Shown here: positions 9,802 to 19,805 of the stretch, piece after piece
Numbering within the stretch: position 1 is the first letter of the stretch
How the letters are laid out: every line of letters begins with the position of its first letter
Source: an uncultured Candidatus Saccharibacteria bacterium
GTDB taxonomy: Bacteria > Patescibacteriota > Minisyncoccia > Portnoybacterales > UBA2143
Direction: 5' to 3'
Length of the DNA: 64,000 nucleotides
Assembly (NCBI GenBank): GCA_964596615.1
Contig: CAZQUN010000002.1
Location: forward strand, 11,332-75,331
Position numbers and translations under genes: made by a program
Notes under the pieces: generated by a model
Database searches by the model: none
What the model was told of the DNA's origin: nothing
Seen by the model: the letters and a program-made list of their open reading frames with translations, nothing else

Positions 9802-10299
9802 ATGGCTCTAAAAGAAAAAATTCAATCAGAGATTAAACAAGCTATGACAGAAAAGAAATCCCTGGAGGTTTCTGTTTTGAAAATGCTTATGGCCGCAATT
9901 CAAAACAAAGAAAAAGAGAAGAGAGCCAAATTAAGCAAGGAAGAAAAAGATGCTGAAAAACTGGAAGAATTAAGCCAATTAAATGACGAAGAAATTTTAG
10001 AAGTAATTTCGAGTGAAGTTAAAAAAAGAAAGGATTCAATTGAACAATATCAGAAAGGCAATCGGGATGATTTAGTCAAACAGGAAAAAGAGGAACTTGG
10101 CATTTTAGCAGAATACATGCCGGAGCAAATGCCGGAAGAAGAAATACGAAAGATTGTTAAAAAAAAGATAGAGGAATTAGGAGCGAGCGGTCCTCAGGAA
10201 ACCGGCAAAGTTATGGGAGCGGTTATGCCTGAACTAAAAGGTAAAGCCGAAGGAGGTATTATTAGTAAAATTGTTCAGGAGGAATTGAAAAAGGCATAA
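9802..10299 (+). CDS. GatB/YqeY domain protein
   Basis: KKRKDSIEQY..GNR.DL...E..E, GKVMG..M..LKGKA motifs. Confidence 0.92.
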   Translation: MALKEKIQSEIKQAMTEKKSLEVSVLKMLMAAIQNKEKEKRAKLSKEEKDAEKLEELSQLNDEEILEVISSEVKKRKDSIEQYQKGNRDDLVKQEKEELGILAEYMPEQMPEEEIRKIVKKKIEELGASGPQETGKVMGAVMPELKGKAEGGIISKIVQEELKKA

Positions 10300-10787
10300 T
10301 GTTGGAAATTCATAATTTTACTCAAAATGAGATAGATGAAAAGTTTTTCCAGGAAATATTTGGAGTTGTTCTGAAAAAGGTTGGCTTGGAAGATAAGGCG
10401 GAAATTAGTTTGGCAATTGTCGGCGATGGCCGGATGAGAAAATTGAATAAAATCTATCGAGGGAAAAACAGAATAACCGATGTCTTATCCTTTGAAAACA
10501 AATCGGTTATTCCCTATCTCTCCAAAGCTTTTCCCCGACTAAAAAAAGGAGAAAAAACAGAATTCATTCAACCACCCGATGGAATTAAAAGATTAGGCGA
10601 GATTGTTATCTGCTACCCTCAGGCAAAAAAACAGGCCAAGCGCCTTGGTCATTCTTTGGAAAAAGAACTGACCTTTTTGCTGATTCATGGTATACTTCAT
10701 TTGTTGGGATACGAACACGAAAAAGAAGACAAAGCCAAAGAAATGGAAGAAATGGAAGGGAAAGTTTTGTCCGAACTTAAACTTTAA
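10299..10787 (+). CDS. ybeY: Endoribonuclease YbeY
   Basis: LN..YR..N..TDVLSF, LGEIVIC, HGILHLLGYEH motifs. Confidence 0.95.
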   Translation: MLEIHNFTQNEIDEKFFQEIFGVVLKKVGLEDKAEISLAIVGDGRMRKLNKIYRGKNRITDVLSFENKSVIPYLSKAFPRLKKGEKTEFIQPPDGIKRLGEIVICYPQAKKQAKRLGHSLEKELTFLLIHGILHLLGYEHEKEDKAKEMEEMEGKVLSELKL

Positions 10788-10790
10788 AAT

Positions 10791-12035
10791 ATGGCAAAAG
10801 AAAACATCATTGTTGGTCTGGATGTTGGCACCTGTTTTATTCGGACTGTCATAGCTAAAATGAAACCGGATGGGACAAAACCCCAGATTATTGGCATTGG
10901 GCAAACTCCTTCCTATGGTCTCCGTCGGGGAGTTGTTGTTGATATTGAAGAGACGGTTAAAAATATTAGTCAGTCAGTTCAGGAAGCAGAACGGAATAGT
11001 GGTCTTTCAGTTGACCGGGTCATAGTCGGAATCAGCGGCAACCACATTGTTTCCCGGTCAAGTAAGGGAGTCGTGGCTGTTTCTCGGGCTGACACTGAAG
11101 TTTCAAGAGAGGATGTTGAAAGGGTGATTAACGCCGCTTCTGCTGTTTCGGTTTCTCAAAACAGAGAAATTATCCATGTCATTCCAAAGAGTTTCCTTGT
11201 TGACAGCCAGGACAGGATTAAAGACCCGGTTGGCATGAATGGAGTCAGATTAGAAGCTGACACTTTAATTATTGAGGGAGCTGCTCCGTATATTAAAAAT
11301 CTGACTAAATGCGTTTCGGAAGTTGGTTTAGAAATAGAGGAATTGGTTTTGGCGCCTTTGGCTGCCAGTCGGGCAGCTTTGAACAAAAGACAAAAAGAAC
11401 TTGGAGTCCTGGCTTTGGATTTAGGCGGCGGAACAGCCGGTCTGACTGTTTTTGAAGAAGGGGAGTTTGTCCATAGTTGTGTTTTGCCGGTTGGCTCTTC
11501 CCATATTACCAATGATATTGCCATAGGACTTCGAAGCAGCATCGACCTGGCAGAAAAAGTTAAACTGGAATATGGAACGGCCCTGTCTTCTGATATTGGC
11601 AAGAAAGATGTAGTTGATTTATCTAAATTGGGTTCGGAAGAAAAGGGAATTGTTTCCCGGGCTGAAGTAGTCAGAATAATTGAAGCTAGATTAGGCGAGA
11701 TTTTAGAACTAGCTAACAAGGAATTGAAAATGATTGACCGACAGGGACTTTTGCCGGCCGGAACAGTTCTTTTAGGCGGGGGAGCCAAAATGCCGGGCTT
11801 GGTTGACTTGGCCAAAGAAGAATTGAAATTACCAGCCCAGATTGGCTTTCCAATGGAATTAGAAGGTATTGTTGATGAGGTTGAGGATCCATCCTTTGCC
11901 ACCGTTATTGGATTAGTTTTATGGAGCGTAGATAACCAAAAAAGGAGTGGTGGTCGAGGTATTTCTCTACCTGAAATTTCTGTTGGTTCAACGGTCGGTA
12001 AAATCAAAGGGTGGCTAAAGGGATTCCTCCCTTAA
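10791..12035 (+). CDS. ftsA: Cell division protein FtsA
   Basis: VGLDVGT, GLRRGVVVD, DLGGGT, HITNDIA motifs; adjacent to ftsZ. Confidence 0.97.
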   Translation: MAKENIIVGLDVGTCFIRTVIAKMKPDGTKPQIIGIGQTPSYGLRRGVVVDIEETVKNISQSVQEAERNSGLSVDRVIVGISGNHIVSRSSKGVVAVSRADTEVSREDVERVINAASAVSVSQNREIIHVIPKSFLVDSQDRIKDPVGMNGVRLEADTLIIEGAAPYIKNLTKCVSEVGLEIEELVLAPLAASRAALNKRQKELGVLALDLGGGTAGLTVFEEGEFVHSCVLPVGSSHITNDIAIGLRSSIDLAEKVKLEYGTALSSDIGKKDVVDLSKLGSEEKGIVSRAEVVRIIEARLGEILELANKELKMIDRQGLLPAGTVLLGGGAKMPGLVDLAKEELKLPAQIGFPMELEGIVDEVEDPSFATVIGLVLWSVDNQKRSGGRGISLPEISVGSTVGKIKGWLKGFLP

Positions 12036-12127
12036 AAAAACTTGCAATATTTTTTCCTTTATGATAATAATTCTGTAAAGGCTTGAGGGGGCTTCAGGGG
12101 GTCCCTATTATTAATTTTAATAACATT

Positions 12128-13270
12128 ATGGCTCAAATAAAACCGGAGGTAGAAACTTTTGCTAAAATAAAGGTCATTGGCGTTGGGGGTAGTGGTTCTA
12201 ATGCCATTTCCCGAATGATAGCCTGTAAAATTCATGGAGTTGATTTTGTCGCTATTAACACCGATGCTCAGGACCTTCATCATACTAAAGCCCCTGAAAG
12301 AGTCCATGTCGGAAAGAACCTAACCAAAGGTCTGGGAGCAGGAATGAATCCTGAAATCGGTCGCCAGGCAGCCGAAGAAAACCGGGATGAAATCCACGAA
12401 GTCGTTAAGGGTTCTGATATGGTTTTTGTTACTTGTGGTTTTGGTGGTGGTACCGGAACCGGCGCCGCGCCGATTATTGCCGAAGCAGCCAAAGATTCAG
12501 GCGCTCTGACAGTCGGAGTAGTAACCAAACCATTTTCTTTTGAAGGCCTTCAAAGAGCCAGAATCGCTGAACAAGGCCTTAGCCAGTTAAAGGAAAGAGT
12601 TGATACTCTGATTACAATTCCTAACGACAAACTCCTTTCCGTTATTGATAACAAGACTTCCCTTTTAAATGCTTTTTCCGTTGTTGATGATGTTCTGCGT
12701 CAGGCAGTTCAAGGTATTTCAGATTTAGTTATCACCCCGGGAATTGTTAATGTTGACTTTGCTGATGTTAAGGCGATTATGGAAGATGCTGGCTCAGCCT
12801 TAATGGGCATTGGTCGGGCAACCGGCGATGACCGGGCAATTGAAGCCGCCAAAGCAGCCATTAACTCACCTCTTTTAGAGATTTCAATTGATGGAGCCAA
12901 GGGTGTCCTATTCAATGTCAGTGGTGGTCCTGATCTGGCTATGGCTGAAATTAATGAAGCCGCCAAGATTATTACCGAATCAATTGACCCGGAAGCTAAA
13001 GTCATTTTCGGCGCTGTTATGGATGATAAGATAAAAAAGGGTGAGATAAAGATTACCGTCATTGCCACCGGCTTTGATGAAGACCTGCTCAAGAGAATTG
13101 GTGAACCCAAGGTTCAGGATATCTCACCGATCAGTCACAGTCATCAGCCGAGCCATCAACCGGAAGAAAAAGAAAAAAGGCCCCCGGTTAAACCAAGGCC
13201 AATGCCAGCAATAGAGGAACAAGAAAGTGAATGGGATGTCCCGGCCTTTATCCGAAGGAAGTTAAAATAG
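12128..13270 (+). CDS. ftsZ: Cell division protein FtsZ
   Basis: GGGTGTG signature, NVDFADV, C-terminal DVPAFIR. Confidence 0.98.
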   Translation: MAQIKPEVETFAKIKVIGVGGSGSNAISRMIACKIHGVDFVAINTDAQDLHHTKAPERVHVGKNLTKGLGAGMNPEIGRQAAEENRDEIHEVVKGSDMVFVTCGFGGGTGTGAAPIIAEAAKDSGALTVGVVTKPFSFEGLQRARIAEQGLSQLKERVDTLITIPNDKLLSVIDNKTSLLNAFSVVDDVLRQAVQGISDLVITPGIVNVDFADVKAIMEDAGSALMGIGRATGDDRAIEAAKAAINSPLLEISIDGAKGVLFNVSGGPDLAMAEINEAAKIITESIDPEAKVIFGAVMDDKIKKGEIKITVIATGFDEDLLKRIGEPKVQDISPISHSHQPSHQPEEKEKRPPVKPRPMPAIEEQESEWDVPAFIRRKLK

Positions 13271-13324
13271 TTTTTATGTTAGAGAAGGCAACCAATCAAT
13301 TTCAGTTGGTTGTTTTTCATTAAT

Positions 13325-13353
13325 TTGACCCGGCTTTTTAGTTGGAGTAAAAT
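13325..13353 (+). promoter_or_regulatory. Sigma70 promoter for an apparently leaderless nrdJ
   Basis: TTGACC, 17 bp, TAAAAT, then 6 nt to ATG 13360. Confidence 0.65.
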
Positions 13354-13359
13354 ATTGGC

Positions 13360-15549
13360 ATGACTTTAGTTAAATCAAAATTTGAGAAAATTAGGAAGAG
13401 AGACGGTCGGATTGTTGATTTTAATCAAGATAAGGTTACCCAGGCGATTTTTAAGGTCCTTAAGGCCCAAAGCAAAGAAGACAAAAATTTATCTCAAAAC
13501 ATTTCTGATAGAGTAGTTGAAACTCTTAATCGGCGCTTTAAGGAAAAAATTCCCAGCGTTGAACAAATTCAGGATATTGTTGTTGAAGTTTTAGCTAAAG
13601 AAGGACAAAAGGAAATTGCTGATGCCTATTCTCTCTACCGGCAAAAAAGAAAAGAGATTCGGGATAATAAGTGGTGGCTTTTAAGTCAGAATGTCAAAAC
13701 TAAATTAACTCCTAATGCCTTACAGGTTCTAGAGTCAAGGTATCTAAAAAAAGACGAACAGGGAAAAATTATTGAAATGCCTCAACAGCTTTTTCAGAGA
13801 GTCGCGACTAATATTGCTGCGGCAGAAGCTAATCTTAAGCCATCAATTTCAGACGATGAGCTTTTTAATATTGGGGAAAGATTTTACCGGATGATGGCTT
13901 CTATGGAATTCCTTCCCAATTCTCCGACTCTAATGAATGCCGGTGCTACCCTGCAACAATTGTCGGCGTGTTTTGTCCTCCCAGTTGGGGATTCAATGGA
14001 AGAAATTTTTGAAGCGGTAAAAAACACCGCTATGATTCATAAAAGCGGCGGCGGAACTGGTTTTAGTTTTTCCCGCTTAAGATCAAAAGGGACCATTGTC
14101 AGAGCGACGCAAGGACAGGCTTCTGGGCCGCTTTCGTTTATGACAGTCTTTAACGCTGCGACAGAGGTAATTAAACAAGGAGGTAAGAGAAGGGGCGCTA
14201 ACATGGGTATTTTACGGGTTGACCATCCTGATATTATTGAATTTATTACCTCTAAAGTAGAAGAGGGAAATTTGAATAATTTCAATATCTCGGTCGCTAT
14301 TACTGACAAATTCATGGAGGCGGTCAGAAAGAAAAAGAAATATGATTTAATTAATCCGAAAGATGGGGAAATAGTTGAGAAAATAGATGCCAATGAAGTT
14401 TTTGATTTAATTGTTAATTACGCCTGGGAGAATGGCGAACCAGGAGTGATTTTTATTGACCGAATCAACCGGGATAATCCAACGCCAAAACTAGGAGAGA
14501 TCGAATCGACTAACCCATGTGGAGAGCAACCCTTGCTTCCATTTGAAAGCTGTAACCTTGGCAGTATTAATTTATCCAAGATAGTTAAGAAAAATGGCAA
14601 GAGATGGTCAACCGATTGGGATAAATTAAAAGAAACAGTTCATAACGCTGTTCATTTCCTGGATAATGTTGTTGAGGTTAATCGTTATCCCTTATTAAAA
14701 ATTGAGGAATTAACTAAAGGTAACAGAAAGATTGGTCTGGGAGTAATGGGTTGGGCAGACATGCTTATTAGATTAGGAGTCCCCTATAACTCAAGAAGAG
14801 CGCTTAATTTAGCTTCAAGAGTGATGAAATTCATTCAGGATGAATCTAAAAAAGCTTCAATTAAATTAGCAGAAGAAAAAGGAGTTTTTCCGAATTTCAA
14901 AGACAGCATTTATACCGAAAAGAATACCCTCCGGTTAAGGAATGCGACGACAACAACAATTGCGCCAACCGGAACAATCGGAATTATTGCCGGTTGTTCT
15001 TCTTCAATTGAGCCGCTTTTCGCCATATCTTTTGTCAGAAAGTATGTTTTAGGCGGACAAGAATTAATTGAGGTTAATCCAATTTTTGAAGAAATTGCCA
15101 AAGAAAGAGGATTTTGGTCAAAAGAATTAATTGAGGAAATATCAACCAAAGGAAGTGTTCAGGATATTAAGGGAGTCCCAGCTGATATTAAGAGGGTCTT
15201 TATTACTGCCCTTGATATTTCTCCTGAAGACCATATTAAAACCCAATCTGCTTTTCAAAAGCATGTTGACAATGCTGTCAGCAAAACCATTAATTTCCCC
15301 TTTTCTGCTTCCAAAGATGATATTAAAAAAGCATATCTTATGGCTTACAAGCTAGGTTGTAAAGGAGTAACCCTTTACCGAAATGAAAGCAGAAAACAAC
15401 AGGTTTTAAATATTAAGGGCAAAGAACAGGAATTGGATGATGATAAGAAGAAGAGAATTCAGGAAAAAGAACTTTCTCCTGAACTGCGCGATCCTTCGCC
15501 AGATATTCCTGACCTGCCACCAGGAAGCTGTCCAACATGTAATATTTAG
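13360..15549 (+). CDS. nrdJ: Class II (adenosylcobalamin-dependent) ribonucleotide reductase with N-terminal ATP cone
   Basis: ATP cone (KRDGR..F), [28 protein letters not shown]-terminal CPTC; no adjacent nrdB; followed by cobO. Confidence 0.9.
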   Translation: MTLVKSKFEKIRKRDGRIVDFNQDKVTQAIFKVLKAQSKEDKNLSQNISDRVVETLNRRFKEKIPSVEQIQDIVVEVLAKEGQKEIADAYSLYRQKRKEIRDNKWWLLSQNVKTKLTPNALQVLESRYLKKDEQGKIIEMPQQLFQRVATNIAAAEANLKPSISDDELFNIGERFYRMMASMEFLPNSPTLMNAGATLQQLSACFVLPVGDSMEEIFEAVKNTAMIHKSGGGTGFSFSRLRSKGTIVRATQGQASGPLSFMTVFNAATEVIKQGGKRRGANMGILRVDHPDIIEFITSKVEEGNLNNFNISVAITDKFMEAVRKKKKYDLINPKDGEIVEKIDANEVFDLIVNYAWENGEPGVIFIDRINRDNPTPKLGEIESTNPCGEQPLLPFESCNLGSINLSKIVKKNGKRWSTDWDKLKETVHNAVHFLDNVVEVNRYPLLKIEELTKGNRKIGLGVMGWADMLIRLGVPYNSRRALNLASRVMKFIQDESKKASIKLAEEKGVFPNFKDSIYTEKNTLRLRNATTTTIAPTGTIGIIAGCSSSIEPLFAISFVRKYVLGGQELIEVNPIFEEIAKERGFWSKELIEEISTKGSVQDIKGVPADIKRVFITALDISPEDHIKTQSAFQKHVDNAVSKTINFPFSASKDDIKKAYLMAYKLGCKGVTLYRNESRKQQVLNIKGKEQELDDDKKKRIQEKELSPELRDPSPDIPDLPPGSCPTCNI

Positions 15550-15553
15550 AAAC

Positions 15554-16054
15554 ATGATTCATATTTACACCGGCAATGGAAAAGGAAAAACAGCTGCTGC
15601 TTTAGGATTAGGATTAAGAGCAGTCGGAGCCGGTAAAAGGGTTTTATTAATCCAATTTCTAAAGGACGGCCAAAGTTCAGAGATAAAGGCGATTAAGAGA
15701 ATATCAAACTTTGATATCAGAGTTTTTGGAAGAAAAGGATTTATTAATAGAAACAAATTAAAAAAGATTGACTATGACCTTGCTGAGCAAGGTTTTAATT
15801 TTTTCCAAAAAGCAATTAAAGATGAGAAATATGATTTGATTGTTTTAGATGAAATCAATATTGTTCTCTGCTTTAAATTATTGAAAATAGAAGATTTAAT
15901 CGAATGTATTAAAGGAGAAAAAAAGACAGAAATTATTCTAACCGGTCGTCGAGCGCCAAAAGAAATTATTAAAATCGCCGACCTGGTTACGGAGATGAAA
16001 GAAATCAAACACTATTTCAAAAAGATTAAAGCCAGAAAAGGAATTGAGTGTTGA
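15554..16054 (+). CDS. cobO: Cob(I)alamin adenosyltransferase (CobO/BtuR)
   Basis: IYTGNGKGKT, QFLK, VLDE, ILTGR, ADLVTEM..IKHY motifs. Confidence 0.93.
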   Translation: MIHIYTGNGKGKTAAALGLGLRAVGAGKRVLLIQFLKDGQSSEIKAIKRISNFDIRVFGRKGFINRNKLKKIDYDLAEQGFNFFQKAIKDEKYDLIVLDEINIVLCFKLLKIEDLIECIKGEKKTEIILTGRRAPKEIIKIADLVTEMKEIKHYFKKIKARKGIEC

Positions 16055-16136
16055 TTTTGGGTTATTATCCTGCTATGCTATCGGGTTATCTATTTGTTCA
16101 TTAAAAATCAGCGTGAAAGCGCGGAAAGGGGAAAAA

Positions 16137-17216
16137 ATGGAAAATTTGGGAGAAGATATAGAACCTGCAGATTTTACCGAAAAGCAAATTGATGTTATGA
16201 TTAGCCAGGCTTGGAATGGGGAAGATATTGCTCAAATAGACGAAGACATAGAAGCGGCTAGACCAAGTACAGAACAGGCGGGCACAGAGCGAGCGGGAAG
16301 AGAAATAGTGAGAAAACTTGGCTATATTCCTGTTTCTCTAATTACCAATAACATAAAACAGCCTCGCTTTATACTCTTTGAGAGTCAAGAGGAATTTGAT
16401 GAGATGGCTAGGTCTATCCAAACGCACGGTAATGTTAAAAGGCCGATTATAGTTATCCCTTTTAATAAGGGATTTATGTTAAAAGACGGTCAGCGGCGCT
16501 TAGAGGCCGCTCGTTCAGCAGGTATTAAAAAGATATTTTCCATAATCGAGTATGTAATTGATCAAAACGGCCGTCCGCTTCCAGTATCACCCGTTGAACT
16601 CCTTGAAGACGCTGTTATCACGAATCTTCATCAGCGGAAAATGAACTCAATTGAAGAAGCAATGGCTTATATTGACTGGATGGAATTAACAGGCAAAAAT
16701 CAGTCAGAACTGGCTGCTCGGATGGGGAAGAAAAATAGTGATATCTCAAACCTTCTTAAGCTTTTGAAACTTGATGCTGATATTCAAATGGGCCTGATAA
16801 GCGGTCAGATACCGAAAGTTTTAGGCCAACATTTAGCTTCTTGGCCTAAAGAAAAACAGAAGGAATTAGCAAGAGTTTACGATGAGATACTGGTTGGCCT
16901 GAATGGTAAAATTCCTTCAACGAATATTTCTCAATGGACGGCTAAAACATTGAGAAAGGTAGCTGAACAAAAAGGCATTAAGCCACTTAAACCCAAAAAA
17001 GGCCCAAGCTTGAAATCATTTAGCGAAATGGTTGTTGTTTCAAAAACGAGAGCAATTGGAAGATTTCGTTCTAACCTGGATGAGTTGGAGGAGATAGACA
17101 GAAAGGATTTACTAGCAAGAAAAGAGAAATTCTCTAGGCTTATATCCGATCTCAGACTTTTATCTGAAGAGATAGAGGATGCTTGTGTTAGACTGGAAGG
17201 AAGGTTGGGTATATGA
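16137..17216 (+). CDS. ParB/Spo0J-like protein
   Basis: QPR..F, PIIV, DGQRRL.A, NLHQ..MN.IEEA, HTH; no adjacent parA. Confidence 0.8.
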   Translation: MENLGEDIEPADFTEKQIDVMISQAWNGEDIAQIDEDIEAARPSTEQAGTERAGREIVRKLGYIPVSLITNNIKQPRFILFESQEEFDEMARSIQTHGNVKRPIIVIPFNKGFMLKDGQRRLEAARSAGIKKIFSIIEYVIDQNGRPLPVSPVELLEDAVITNLHQRKMNSIEEAMAYIDWMELTGKNQSELAARMGKKNSDISNLLKLLKLDADIQMGLISGQIPKVLGQHLASWPKEKQKELARVYDEILVGLNGKIPSTNISQWTAKTLRKVAEQKGIKPLKPKKGPSLKSFSEMVVVSKTRAIGRFRSNLDELEEIDRKDLLARKEKFSRLISDLRLLSEEIEDACVRLEGRLGI

Positions 17217-17315
17217 ATAACAGGGCTCAAACAGTAACAGTGAAAGAACCGCTTACCAAAAAGAGAACAAAACTAAGAAGCGGTTCTTTTAATTTTTTGT
17301 GATATGATATAAACA

Positions 17316-17909
17316 ATGACCAAATCTAAAATTCTTCTCTATCTCTGCCTTTTGTATATCTTCGGTGTCTTTGCTTATTCCCTGGTTGAGAGTCCTCAAC
17401 CTTTTTTATTTAACCAAACAGACAAAGAAACCGTTTTAAAGGGAATCATTGTTGGTGAACCAGAAAAAAGAATTAACCAACAGAAGTTTGAATTTAAGGC
17501 AGAAAACATTGAGGGGAAAGTCTTGATTACCACAGAACTATACCCAAGTTATTTTTATGGAGACGAATTAGAAGTTTTTGGTAAATTACAGGAACCAGCA
17601 GTTTTTGAAGATTTTGATTATCGTCAGTATTTAAGAAAAGATAAAATTTATTCAGTTATTTATTATCCTCAAATTAATCGGCTGGCAGGAAACCAGGGTA
17701 ATTGGTTTTATCAAAGGATTTTTAACTTCAAAGACAAATTGAGAAATATTATTGAACAAACTTTACTTCCTCCTCAATCGTCTATTTTAAAAGCAGTTTT
17801 TCTGGGAGACAGATTTAGCCTTTCAGATGAATTAAAAGAAAAATTAAATATTACTGGTACTCGGCATATTGTTGCTATTTCCGGGATGCATATACCTATA
17901 ACTCCATAG
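17316..17909 (+). pseudogene. comEC: comEC 5' part, interrupted by the integrated element
   Basis: OB/DUF4131-like region, FDYRQYL, TGTRHIVAISGMH, then 5 foreign residues and a stop. Confidence 0.92.
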
Positions 17910-17916
17910 CTACAAT
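17863..17916 (+). other. attL (comEC-derived arm, ATGCATAT core 17886-17893, element arm 17892-17916)
   Basis: Core is repeated at 31248-31255; element arm is an inverted repeat (20/25) of the arm at 31225-31249. Confidence 0.88.
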
Positions 17917-18960
17917 TTAAGAAAGAATATTGTATTCATCCTCTTTAGCGTCTTCTAGGATTTTTAAAAATTCGTCAAATTCCTTCTTCTTTTTGTTTAT
18001 TATATCCTCTAACAATTCTACTTTTAAATCTCTTAAACCTTTGGGCATATTTGGATCTAGATCAAAACCAATTAAGAAAATATCAATAATCTTAATTTTG
18101 GGATTGTGTCTTTCTATAATCCCTTTATATCCTAAAACTTGGCCAATATGTTCTGCTTTTATTTTTATGATAGGCCTTTTTAATTCAGCTAAAACAATAT
18201 GGTTTTCGTCTTGCAAGTACATCTTAACTATTAAATCTGGTTTTTTCCCGAGTTCGGGGTCTTTCTTTATGTTTTGAGCAAGATAATCACTTAATGGTTT
18301 ATTGCTTTTTACTAAATCATAGTTATTATCTAGTAACCATAGGTTATTTTCTAACAGTTTATGAATCTCTCTTTCTTTCGTATCTTTTTGTTTCATTAAA
18401 CTTTCTAATAATTTAATTATTGATATTTTCTTTTGAATAAGTTCCGCTATAGAATTAATTTGATGAATTTTTAATTCATTTAAAAGCGAAACGAAGCCAG
18501 TCAATTCATCTCCACCTGCCTCAGATAATTTTTTTAACAAAAAATCAAGATTTTCTGCCTTGATTTCATAAATTCTTAGTCCTAGTTTGTCCAACGCCTC
18601 AAAACTTGCCTCGGTTAAATTGCTTATATTTTTATTTGATAGTATTTTTTGCAGAAAATCGGGATCACTTTTTAAGGTTGCATCTATATTTTTTAAAATT
18701 TCTACTTCAGAGGATGTCATCTTTTTAATAGGCCATTGATGTTCTTTTGTGGTTTCTGACTCAATAACGCTTTTTAACATACTCCAATCTTTAAGATGAA
18801 GATTAAAAAATTGTTGTTTTCCTCCGGGTTTTCCTTGCAATGTTCTGTTCATAATTATGTAATTTCTATCTGCGTGTTCCATATCGCTAACCACGGAAAA
18901 TGACGTAAATCCGCTAGACCATTTCTTTGTTATTTTTTTAATTACTTTAAACTTACTCAT
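17917..18960 (-). CDS. PD-(D/E)xK nuclease-domain protein, Shedu/DUF4263-like C-terminus, putative defence
   Basis: EREIHKLLENNLWLL...KPDLIV...LAELKRP...GQVLGY. Confidence 0.6.
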   Translation of the reverse strand: MSKFKVIKKITKKWSSGFTSFSVVSDMEHADRNYIIMNRTLQGKPGGKQQFFNLHLKDWSMLKSVIESETTKEHQWPIKKMTSSEVEILKNIDATLKSDPDFLQKILSNKNISNLTEASFEALDKLGLRIYEIKAENLDFLLKKLSEAGGDELTGFVSLLNELKIHQINSIAELIQKKISIIKLLESLMKQKDTKEREIHKLLENNLWLLDNNYDLVKSNKPLSDYLAQNIKKDPELGKKPDLIVKMYLQDENHIVLAELKRPIIKIKAEHIGQVLGYKGIIERHNPKIKIIDIFLIGFDLDPNMPKGLRDLKVELLEDIINKKKKEFDEFLKILEDAKEDEYNILS

Positions 18961-19078
18961 AAAAAATTTGGTTTATTTCAGATGGCTCGTTTATATGCGA
19001 ATTTCAACAATTGACTTTTCTATATCTCTATCCTACCACAACAATATCTATTTTTAATATTTAACTCACATCCTTAAT

Positions 19079-19105
19079 ACACCGGCCTGTAGGGCTATAG
19101 CTACA
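19079..19105 (+). repeat. Degenerate internal copy of the att arm
   Basis: aCAccggCCTgTAgggCtATAGCTACA in register with attL gCAtataCCTaTAactCcATAGCTACA. Confidence 0.6.
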
Positions 19106-19159
19106 GCTTTAGAGAAATGATTGCATTTTTATCTTAGTATCCAATACTGAAATGGTTTA

Positions 19160-19597
19160 TTAATCATTTTTTATTTTTGTTTTTGAGTTTATTCCGACTC
19201 CTGGCCCATATTTACCCATTGGTACATCATGTAGTTCATTTGGGAATTTATCAATGAGTTTTTTTATTATTTTCTTTGAATAGTCGTCTTTTGCATCCCA
19301 TTCTGTGGTAAGGTGATGGTAGCTACGATGAGGACCATGTCTCTCTAAATAATTAACAAGCCTTGTCTTTCTTCGCCAAGCTTTTATCTCTCGCCATAAA
19401 AAATAAATTAATAGAAGCCAAAGAAAAAGAAATATGATTACAACATACGATTTCCAGGATTGTGGAAATAAAATAATCCATTTATTGATTGTTGATGGGA
19501 GGATAAAAATTAGAAGTATAACTACTATATGTATTGGTTTATTCTCAACTATTTCTAGAATTTCTTTTATATTTTTAATGTTATTATTTTCATTCAT
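19160..19597 (-). CDS. Two-TM membrane protein, unknown function
   Basis: 145 aa; two hydrophobic helices and a basic C-terminal domain. Confidence 0.7.
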   Translation of the reverse strand: MNENNNIKNIKEILEIVENKPIHIVVILLIFILPSTINKWIILFPQSWKSYVVIIFLFLWLLLIYFLWREIKAWRRKTRLVNYLERHGPHRSYHHLTTEWDAKDDYSKKIIKKLIDKFPNELHDVPMGKYGPGVGINSKTKIKND

Positions 19598-19693
19598 GAT
19601 TGTATATTTAAATTAGTCACAATAATCGATTTTTTTACATCTCTAAGCTTTATATTACCATGGTGATAGATATTTTCAATATTCTTAATCTAC

Positions 19694-19716
19694 ATACCTA
19701 TGACTCTATAGCTACA
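19694..19716 (+). repeat. Internal copy of the att arm
   Basis: ATACCTATGACTCTATAGCTACA, 21/23 identical to attL 17892-17914. Confidence 0.82.
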
Positions 19717-19770
19717 TAACCTGCAGAAAACAATAAAATAGGACAATTAAAATTGATCAGACTTATCAAC

Positions 19771-19799
19771 TTGCTGTGTAAAGAATTGTAAAGTATAAT
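19771..19799 (+). promoter_or_regulatory. Promoter of the MTase operon with a TGTAAAG direct repeat in the spacer
   Basis: TTGCTG, 17 bp, TATAAT, 6 nt, ATG; TGTAAAG at 19777 and 19787. Confidence 0.65.
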
Positions 19800-19805
19800 G
19801 GAGAC

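Noticed and set aside
11156-12007. 283-aa antisense ORF over ftsA, and similar shadow ORFs over ftsZ, nrdJ, murD, ftsH, S1 and gyrA
   Set aside because: They are antisense to well-supported genes and show no recognisable motifs
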